From the NCBI GenBank assembly GCA_012295275.1, contig CM022672.1:8246001-8310000 (forward strand): 64,000 nucleotides of DNA, in the 5' to 3' direction. The notes beneath the pieces were generated by a model that did not search any database, had not been told where the DNA came from, and worked only from the letters and a program-made list of their open reading frames with translations. The translations under genes were made by a program, and so were the position numbers. Shown one piece after another: positions 53,567 through 64,000 of the stretch (its first letter is position 1; every line of letters starts with the position of its first letter). Source of the stretch: Chrysomallon squamiferum (Eukaryota > Animalia > Mollusca).

Positions 53567-56500
53567 ATGTCAACACCACAAGATCTTTTTACCTTCAATC
53601 CTTTTGGACGAAAACCACAGAAAGAACAAGTGACACCACACAAGTTGTCACTGCTGGTGTTAGTGTACGAGTATCAACAGCAGAAGAAAATGTCAGATCC
53701 ACTTGAACCCCCTGCCTTTACAGAGATAGAGAAACGAGATTTTATGACAACACTGCTTGACTTGTTGCAGGTAAAATTTTACCACACAATAGACTGAATA
53801 GTAGTTTTAAAAATGTATTACACTGGTAGACTTGGGAGACTGTAGTTGTAATTGAAACTGTGCATAATGATTATTTAAAGTAATGTGCACATGTTTTTAT
53901 TTATTTCAGAGTCTAGATCTTGACCTGATAATTCTGAAACAAAAACTGGAGCCTATTCTAAAACCATCTCTCTTTGAAGCTTTCATTTCCAGGTATGCTT
54001 GAAACCAATAGTAAATAATGATGTAATTATGAATTTATTATTTTTTTAAAAATGAAAGTTTAAATTTATCTTATTTTACAATTTGATACTCATTAAAAAA
54101 AAAAAATTTTTTTAATTTATTTATTATTATTTAAATTTATTTGTTTATATTTTTTTCTCATTAACATTTTTAACCAGATTAAAAGAATTTTCAGAAGAAG
54201 GTGTTCAGCCATTGATGGACTTTTTTGAACTTGTGAGTAACCTTGTCTACCCCGAGCCTCCACATGACCCTCAGATTGTGAAAACTGGTGTTTTTGGTAA
54301 TCATAATACTTTTGTCATCTGCTCAGAGTCTGAGATGGTGAAATACAATGATGGATGGATGGTTAGAAAGAGAGACTGATGGATTAATAGATGATGACAA
54401 AGAGAGAGAAATATGGAAATAGAGATGAATAGAAGGATAAACTAATTGCGAGACATTTAGTATGAAAGGTATTTATAGATGTAATGAGATGTCATTAAAA
54501 AATCTGTCCAAGATTTACTATCATAGAGATATTAAAATGTGAATTATTATTCATCTTACCATTTATTTCCAGGCATATGTCTATTATTTTCAATTATATT
54601 TTAGGTTTATTCATAAGACGAATGGCTCTGGCATTTAGCAAACTGTCATTTAGTCAGGTGACACAATTTTGCAGCAAGGTCAAGGTCTATTATAACAGCC
54701 TGGTAGCTGCAGAGGGTGAAATAGAACTTGGAAAGTCGCTGTCGGAATCTGCAATGAGTTTATCTGGGATGGAACCTCTCACAAAGAGTGGACTGGGGAA
54801 GTCTTTTGATAATCTTCATAATGAGTAAGTTTCTAGCACATTCTGGTTAATCAAGTTTAAAAAATTATTATATATGTTTTTAATGGACAGTTGTTAAACT
54901 GTACCAACATAAAGAGACATTGTTGCATTAAGTGTAATGAATTATTACAGTTAGAAAGAATATTTCTAGCAGCAGCTGAGGCAGTTATGATGGTGGTAGT
55001 AATAGTAGTAGCAGTGATAGTAACAGTAGCTGTGGTGAAAGTAGTTATACTGGAGAAATGAAATAGCATTATTTTTATTATTTCTATTGATTGTACATTT
55101 TATTTGTTTTAATTTTTTGATTTTTATTATTTTTTTACAAACTTAAATGTTTTAAAGAGCTACTTGGGCCTTTGGCCTATATAACTAAGGATTAAGAATA
55201 AACTGTTCCTTTTATTTATATGGATTATTATTATTATTATTATTATTTTATTTTCAGGCCAAATGCTGGAGGATTTTATTCTCAGAAACAAGCAGAATAT
55301 TTTATAGCACAACAAGTGAGTGTAAAAGTAATGGAAATAATTGATTCAGCTAGAGTACTGGATATTTTCTGATAAAATCATTACATGTCAAATATTTTAT
55401 TTGTTTATGGTTATCAAACAGTTAATGCATGTAACTGTATGGTTCAGACATGATTATTTAATGATTTTTGTTTCTAACACAGAATTCAGTTTTTATTTAA
55501 ACAGTATGTGAATTATTTTACTTCATCTTTCAGGCATTTATGTTGCTTCATAATGAACAAGCTGCACTGCCCCCTGGCCGACTACAAGAAAAGATAACTG
55601 CAATGTTAAGAGACAGGCCTGATATGGCAGAAGCTGTAAGTGTTTTTAAACTCTTCTACATTTTGCTTAATGTTTTTTCTTTTAAAGTTCAGAAGATTCA
55701 AGGCTGATACACTGGTTCACTTCCAACAACAGTAGAGGACATTTTCTTATCCCCTTCATTTAAAATACTTCAGTCACCATTCATAAAATCAGAAATGAAG
55801 TTTCGAAATTTTTGGTTTCTTTAATAAATATTGTTCCTGAATTTGAGCATTTAGTTTGTTACATGAAATATTTTCTCAGTGTTGTCAAAAATGTTTGTCT
55901 TAAAATTAGTATAATCATAAATGAAACTTTATTTTGTAGTATTTTCTAAGTTACCTGAATAGCCTGAGAGTGAAGGAATACTGCACAGCTTTGCACAATC
56001 TGTACAACTACTTCAACCGCAGCACTAACATGGTTGAGGAAAGTGCGACAGCATCGAAGGGTCGAGACGAAGATGTTTCACGGCGTTACGCAGCACTGAA
56101 CCTCGCTGTTCTTCACTACCGGTTTGGTCACAGGTGAGTTTTAAAACAGTCGTGTTTTATTTAAAAACTATCTCAACACATTTTAATGGTATCATGCATA
56201 ATGGTTAGAGACCAGTGAGATATTACAGTACAAATTTGATACAATAAATTTAATTGTTGTTATTATTTTTTCAGTTTTGAAAAAATTTTATGTAGTGTTT
56301 AAGCCTTGATATTCTTTTTATTCATTATTTTATTATAATTTTATATTCAGTTTAATTTACTATTATAGTTTTATTTCATTTAATTTTCTTCTGTCTTTTG
56401 TTCTATTTTATCATTATATTGTTTAAATACTTTTTTTAATTTACACATTAATAATTTTAATTTTTTTTTTATTTATATATTTAAGAAAATATCTATTGAT

Positions 56501-59500
56501 TGTACATTTTATTTGTTTTAATTTTTCAATTTTTATAATATTTTATTAGAACTGAAGCGTTGGAAGCTCTTCAAGAATCAATCAGGATGGCTCAGAAGAA
56601 AAATGACCACATTTGTTTACAGCATGCACTGGTAAGACTTGCAGAATGTCATAAAAAAAAAATATTAACAATTTTTAATTTTTTTTTTTTTAATTGTGCT
56701 TCATAATTTTCTGTTCTCTAGCACTCGGTGCATTTCAGTTTTGGAAATAAAATATTTTATTTGAACAGTTACTAACGAAATAGATTTTATTTTATGAATT
56801 TTCAGATAAACATAATGGAACTGGATACTGCAGTTTATAGTTTTAAATAAACATAAAAACAAGAAATAAAAACAACAAAAATAACAACAAAGAAACAACA
56901 GCATCATAACATGACAAACTCATTATTATTTTAATATTTAATGCAATTTTATGAAAATATTTCAATGGTAAACCTGTGAATCTCATTATTACTACTACTA
57001 TGATTATTATTATTATTATTATTTTTTTTTTTTTTTGTTACTGATGTTATTTTTGTAATGACAGTTGTTATATCAATGTTAGCAATGCAGTTTTATCTAA
57101 AATTTAATGTAATTTTCAGTGCTGGCTTCATCGACTAGAAGATCACGCCTCATCTCACACCACAAACTTGATGGAGAGGTCCGTGTCAAAGAGCGCTGAG
57201 TTGTCTTTACCTGTAAGTCATTAAATAACTTGTTTACAAATAATCTAACATCTCACCTTGTTTCCTTATATTTATATCTAAATATTCTTTTTTTAGTATC
57301 TCACATCTCTTGGTGTGCAGACTTTGGCCAAACACAACGCAATCACAACAGCAGTCCCATCCAGGTGATTTTGACTCTCATTATTATTTACTATATTAAT
57401 TAATAAATATTTACTTGTTTAATTAATTGTTTACTTTCTCTTAATGCCAGTATTATCCTAGGAACTTATTATTACATAGGCATACATGGACAGAAACACA
57501 CACACAAACATATCTAATACACACAAAATATAATAGGTTTATTAATTATTTCGATTAACAATTCAAAATACTATAATTTGTTTTCAGTGTGTTTGAGTAC
57601 CTGGTGAAGAGTGATATTCTAAACTGTCAGCACTCAATAATTGGTTTGATGTGTATTAGTTTCGCACAAAAAGCTGCTCTCTGGACCATGTATGGAAAAA
57701 GGTATTTTTGTTTCTTCGCTTTCAGTATTAAGTTATTTTATGATTAGTTATACAAATGTTAGATTTATCTTGATGCCACTGTGCTAAACATTTTAATATT
57801 TTGTTTTAGTGGTTATTATTTTTATTTACTTACTTACAGAAAGTTGCTTTACTGCTATTTATTTTACTGATTGATTTTTTTTTTTTTTAATTATTTTCAT
57901 TTATTTATTTGTTATTATTATTGTTTGATTTTTTATTTATTTATTTTTTTTTTTTTTTTTTAATAGGGAATGTGCAAGTATGTGCAGCCAGCTCGTTTTG
58001 AACCTAGATACCTCAGAAAGCATGGTTTATTACAATGGAGAAAGTGTGTGTTTGGCTTTGTGTAATCTTGCACATATTTACAAAGATGAGGTAACAAGAT
58101 CAGATTAATACTATCTTTCTGTACTGATCAAGATGTACAACAGCTTATTAGACTGATGCAGCAGCTGTGTCTACATCTGTTAATTTTACATTTTTACAGG
58201 GAAACTACAACGCAGCACTGGATCTTGTCAACAACGCCAGACACAGGTTCCCAGAGAAGACTCAGCACGCACACATCTGGATGTGTTGTGAACAGCTGAT
58301 CCACTTTGAGAGAAACCTGCACAACAGAAAGTGGAACCAGGCAGAACAAGCTGTTCTCAACCTCCGAGCTTTAGACGAGAATGAAGCTAATCTCAGGTGA
58401 GTACTAAGCTTACACCAGATTAGTGCTAATCCAAGATATCATTTTCTTATCATATAAGTTTCTCATTCATTTATATCATACATGTTTGTTTTCTTCACTA
58501 TAGGTTAAGGTGTGTTTTGAAATAATACATTTTTATAACGGTTTATGTATATATGCAACAGTATCTATAATTTTCTACTTATTAAGGATATATTGTAATC
58601 AATTTTAAGGTGTGTATAAGACATTTTGAGATTAACAGAGTAAATAAAACTTTATTGTGCTGGTTTGAATTTTAAAATTACATTCAAGCTTAGGAACTAT
58701 GTGACTGAATATACAAATAAAAAGATCAATAATTTTGAAGTAAATGAAATTCCAAATTAAAACATTCTGATGTATGTGTATCTCTTTACATCACAGATTT
58801 GGTATACTTCTTCGTGAGCAAGGGCAGGTAACTGAGGCATCATCAGTGTTTCATGATCTGTCAAAAAGTCTGAGTAAAAGAAAAGGTTGTGACGTAATTC
58901 CAGAGTTAGAGTGCAGGTAGTTGTGTGTTATTTTCATTTTCTTAAATTTGTTAATCTATTAATAAGACAGATTTCAGTCAAGATATTTGGATGATCACAA
59001 TTCTGACATGAGTGCCTTTTAAAATAATAATAATAATAAACCCACCACATAATCTGCATTCTTAAATGTTTAAATTTAAAATAATTTTTGGCAATATATA
59101 TTTAAATATATGTCAGAAACATTTTTTTCATTTTGGTTGAAAAAACAAAAAATTTAAAATGTTTTTAAAACTGGTGTTATTTTTCCTCTGTTTGATAATG
59201 TGTGTTTTAAAATATTTCAGAGTGCTGTTGGCCATGGCAGAAGTTTACATGCAGACTGGAAACCCTGCAACAGCTCTCACACAAATCACTGACTGCATTA
59301 CACGAGCAAAACAACACCATCTGCACTACCTGGTTGCCATGTCTACCATTTACCTAGCTTTTGTTCAGGTATTTCTTACTTATTCAGATCTTTTCACATT
59401 CTTTGATTGCTAGGCAGACATTTTTGCTCATTTCACATTCAGTCCCATTATTATACATTTAGAAAGTTTGTTTTGATGTTTAATTTTATAATGAGGTTAT

Positions 59501-60418
59501 ACATGTTTGTGATTAGGAAAATGATGCACCAGAGTTTATATTTTAAATTTAATCTTTATTCAGATAAACTGATGACAGAAAAATAAATCTGAAAAACTCG
59601 GAATAGAAAAACAGTGCTGTAGGCCATTTTGTTAATGTCATGGGGATTTATAATGCTTAGACTAAATACAATAACAGCCAGGCAACAACTGTTAGAATTG
59701 AGGTTTTTGTTATTTCAGTTTGACTTGCGACTATGTGACCAGGCACTGATACTGATGGAACAGTATCTACTGACAATTTTAACAAACGGCAGCTGTTACG
59801 ACAAAGCAAGGACATTGTATCTATACACACGATGTCGTGTAGCTGCTGCTAGAGAAGCTACAATGGCTGAAAAACGTTCAGGTGAGTTGTACAATGTTAG
59901 TATTAAACACACTAATTATTAAGTGTTTTACAATAAGGTTTCTTTGTGTAATATCAGTTATGAAAGACTTTGCTTTGGTATGTGCAGTTCTGCCTGTAAC
60001 TTGTTAAATATCCTGATAATGAATGAGTCATTAAATGTAGGATAAAACAAATATTGAATTTGACACTTATAATAGACTGATACTCATTTAATGTTTTATT
60101 TACCCGAATTCTCAATGTAATTGCATCTATTAAAACTGTAAAGAAAGACATGCCAGTAAGAATCGAAAAAGCTCAAACATTAATAAAACTACTGTTAATA
60201 TTTCAGTTCTGGCCTCTTCTGGGAGTATGATGAATCAGGTGATCGAATTGTTTAGAAAGACTGAGTCCACTCACAGAGTCAAGGATGCCTTGTACTACCA
60301 GGCACGTCTTTACCATGATCTTGGTTATACTGCCGAGAGAAACAAGTGTGCTTACCAGTTTAAACAGCTTGACCAGCTCTCAGCCACAGAGAGTCCTTTA
60401 GGTGTCTGTATGTTGTGA
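53567..60418 (+). CDS. ANAPC5: Anaphase-promoting complex subunit 5
   Basis: 17 exons: 53567-53770, 53910-53992, 54178-54296, 54605-54824, 55258-55315, 55534-55635, 55940-56133, 56550-56631, 57120-57212, 57297-57364, 57588-57701, 57967-58090, 58200-58396, 58797-58916, 59221-59368, 59719-59881, 60207-60418. Motifs VTPHKLSLLVLV, GLFIRRMALAFSKLSFSQV, SQKQAEYFIAQQ, YLNSLRVKEY, RYAALNLAVLHYRFGH, YYQARLYHDLGYTAERNKCA. Confidence 0.92.
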
Positions 60419-60645
60419 GAGCATGTAACAGTCCTCAAAGTGTTGAGAACAAGTCCTTTAGGTGTCATCATGTTGTGAAAACGTAACAGTCCTTGTCATG
60501 TCATCATGTTGTGAGTCCTCTAGGGATCAGTGTTGTCCAGACATGCAAGTCCTGTAGGAGTCACTGTTACAAGGATGTGAAAGTTCTCTTGGTGCCAGCA
60601 TGTGACAAGAAAAGTTAACACTGCTTAAGGTGTTATGTTGTGAGA
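60392..60645 (+). repeat. Degenerate tandem repeats derived from the last codons and stop of ANAPC5
   Basis: AGTCCTTTAGGTGTC...ATGTTGTGA occurs at 60392 (coding end) and 60452, with decayed copies at about 60488, 60514, 60548, 60581 and 60625. Confidence 0.7.
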
Positions 60646-63209
60646 TGAAATAAAAGTATTGTAAGCACAAACAGAAAATCCTGCAGTTGTTTAAAAACTA
60701 AAATAAATGTGCAATGAACTACAAGTATTTGTTTTATGTTTTGGATGGTTATTTCAAGACTGATGTATAGAGTAATAAATAAAACAAGGCAAAACAAAAT
60801 TTTGTTTTTATTTTTATTCACTTTCAAAAATCTTTTACTTTCTCCTGAAGTACAAGTTTAAACTTTTTTAAATATCAATTATTTCAGTTTTTTCACATCC
60901 CACATCAAATGCATCATGCCACCATAAACTGAATTATGTGCAGATGGAACAAGAAAAAAAAAAAGTCTGGACATGAATATATGAATTCCAGAAGAAAATA
61001 TTTAATTTCTTGTTAATAACTTCTTTTTGTGACATAAAAATATAAAGAAATTTTTTATTTTACGTGAAAAAAAAATCAGTATTTACAAACTTAATTAAAA
61101 ACATCATTTAAATATTCATTTAGTTGTGAAAGCTATTTAAATTAACAGAATCAGTTCAAAACACTTGAGTACACACTTGATATGCTCAGCAACAAAAATA
61201 AAAGAATTGCAGTTCTTAATTATTATTTTTTTTCTTTTCCAATTCTGCATTCAGACCAGGTTGGGATGCCTTTAATGTAGACACCTTCACATGCCAAGAT
61301 AGATTTTATAGAGTGTGGTTACGTATTATACTTAATAGTATTCTAAAATGTGGCAAATTGATGGCATTGAGTCAAATAACAGTATAAATGATCAGTGAGA
61401 CCAGCTATTACAGTTCCATAAAAAGTCTTTCCATTCTGAGGAACATCAACTGATTACTGGGTGAAATTGTTGCAGTGGCTCCAGAATAGAATACAAACAG
61501 ACCATCAAGCTATGCTTGGCTTGTGAAAACAATGTCAAAACGTTCACTAGGTTATTTTTTATTTTTTTTTATCCATGACAATAACACAGGGTAATTTACA
61601 AACTGATTCTGTACAGAGAAAGGAATTATTATATACATCAAATATGTACACGTATTATACATTCTTGAAAAAAAAGATGAAAAAAAAAGTTTTATCTCTT
61701 GCATATTATAGTTTGGGAGAAAAAAAAAATAGATGTACATGATTTTTTAAAGTAATTATTAAAGAAGCAACTAACAATGAAAACCTTGACCGTAAATACA
61801 TTATTTGTATTACATAATCATTATATTACCTGCATTTGTAACTTGCTAAATAAGAAATAAAGTCAACCACCTCATTTCAAAATATTCAATCATTATTAAT
61901 AATTCAATACAGTGATACAGTGATATCAAATAAATAAATAATCAAATCAAACCATCAAATGTAGCAATCCCACCAAAATCATTAGATACTAGAATGATAT
62001 TTATTTTTGTCATGAGAGAATACATGATAAAAATTAGTAATCTGAACTTCAGTCACTAAAGGAAACAATTACCGATATAAATTTCAGTCATTAGAAATAT
62101 GGTGTAGATTAGTCATCTAGATTTAAATTACTAGACAGATACACATAGTATAAACTAGTATTCTAATCTTAAGTCAATAAATATATGGAGAGTATGAAAA
62201 TTTAAGTAAATATATTTCAGTTATTTTCAATTACAGACAAGAGATTAATATATGTGCTACAAGGCATTGTTATGTTTTTAGTTTTTTCCACTAATACTAG
62301 AACAGTGGGTAATACTTTAATTATTTTCTAACACTGCCATCACCATAAAATGTTCTCAACATAAAACAAAGAAGAGAAGAGATATACATGTACAGCAAAG
62401 CAAAGTAACAGAAGTTCCATACTGCAATACAAAACAGATAATGCAATACATGTTAGGTATGTGTTTGTTCAAATATAGATGGATGTGTGTGCATGAATGC
62501 ACATGTGTGTATGTGTAAAAGCCAATTAAATATATGTTATTGTTTTTCTGTAGAAACATATGTAAAGAGAAATATTATATAATTATGAATGTCACAGTTT
62601 TCAATGAAAAAATACAGCTGATGAAAATTTTCTACAGTGAATTTCAATTGGAAGAATTGATGTTTTATCACAGACTCTATACAGAAAATTTATTAATGAA
62701 TTTTTCACATTACACAGCCACACCATCTGTATCAACTAACAATGATGTAATTGGAATTTTGTTTACTGGTTGTAGGATTTAGTCTCACTACAAAAGTCTC
62801 ACTTAGCAAGTAAATGATGCTAAGTAAATAGTAGTAATAATAATAATAATAATAATAAATAATAATAATAATAATAATAATAATAGGAGGAAGAGGAGTA
62901 GTGGTAATTGCAGTGGTAGCAGCAGCAGTGGTAATTCTAGTTTTAGCAGGGTGGTTCTACCAGTAATAGTATTGTGTGGTATCAATGTGTTTTACCAAAC
63001 TATTTGGGCTAACTTCGCATTAGGGCTGGATCACATATTAATTGCTGCTGCATTAATATTAATGATTAATTTCATGTTTCAGTTACTGCTACTAAAATGG
63101 TGTATCAAAAATTAAGGTTTATATTTCTAGTCCATGGGAAGATATATTAAAGAATTGCTTACTGTTATATTATAAAAGTAGAACATAATTATTAATTAAT
63201 TTTAGATTT

Positions 63210-63255
<46 letters not shown>

Positions 63256-64000
63256 CTTATTAAAGAGCTTGATTTGCTCAAACAATATTTATTATCACGA
63301 GATTATGTAAAATTAATTTTATTGCAAGTTTAAAGAATACAAAACATTTATTAATAGGTTTTGTATTTGATATGTATGTCATACTACACATAATATTTAT
63401 TTCTCATTTGCCCTATCTAAAGAATACAAATCCAGTAGATGCAAGTTTCAAACATTAGTGACATGATCATCTATATCTGTAATACACACTTATATACTTT
63501 CTGAATAAAAATATTTAATAACAATTGATTAAGAATTATAACTTAATAATGCTATTATTTTGAACTTCAAAAACAAATTTTCAAGGAGGCTTACTCTGTT
63601 AAAATTTTATACAAATGTATCAAGTAATTTGGCTGATGTGAAAAAATAATAACAACAAAATAAATTAAAAACTAAATTAATGAATAATAATAATTTAATT
63701 AATTATTAAAAATAAACTGAGGTATTATATTAATTTATACAGATGAGCCAACAAAATTATATACATGTAATTGAGCAATGTGGATTTCACAAGTAACACA
63801 CTGAAACATTTATTTGTAACACAATATCTTTGAACAGATCAATATACTCAGAAAAAACAACCAAAAAAAACCAAAAACAAATAATTTTTAATTTTTAGAA
63901 AATAAATGTGGTAATTGTTTTTTTACTCAGTTAATAAAAAGTTTTATTATTTGAACATATTTGTTTTCCCAAATGTTCACTAAATACATTTTATTCTAAT

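Noticed and set aside
60700-64000. Possible further gene at the window end
   Set aside because: No credible exon or ORF; it may be the 3' UTR of a minus-strand gene outside the window, but I cannot support that.

Overview
AT-rich, microsatellite-dense animal genomic DNA with spliced genes; gene content suggests a mollusc or other lophotrochozoan (inference). Seven protein-coding genes were reconstructed by hand, in order: the 3' end of the ionotropic co-receptor IR25a (+); a type I membrane protein with C-type lectin, two PAN/apple-like domains, a Ser/Thr stalk and one TM helix (-); an uncharacterised basic protein (+); an M17 leucyl aminopeptidase-like gene (-) head-to-head with FAHD2 (+); and POLR2B/RPB2 (-) head-to-head with ANAPC5 (+). 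I could not support any tRNA, rRNA, CRISPR array or autonomous transposon. The most unusual structures are (1) a 6 x 61-bp tandem array in POLR2B that copies an exon tail plus its 5' splice site, giving four perfect decoy donors; (2) a ~470-bp inverted duplication bracketing FAHD2 and the first aminopeptidase exon; (3) a 210-bp nested foldback hairpin; (4) a candidate frame-preserving 15-nt microexon; and (5) a duplicated, stop-containing acceptor/exon start in IR25a. Local duplication of exon boundaries recurs in three genes. None of these is a proven new system, and several need read-level checks to exclude assembly artefacts.
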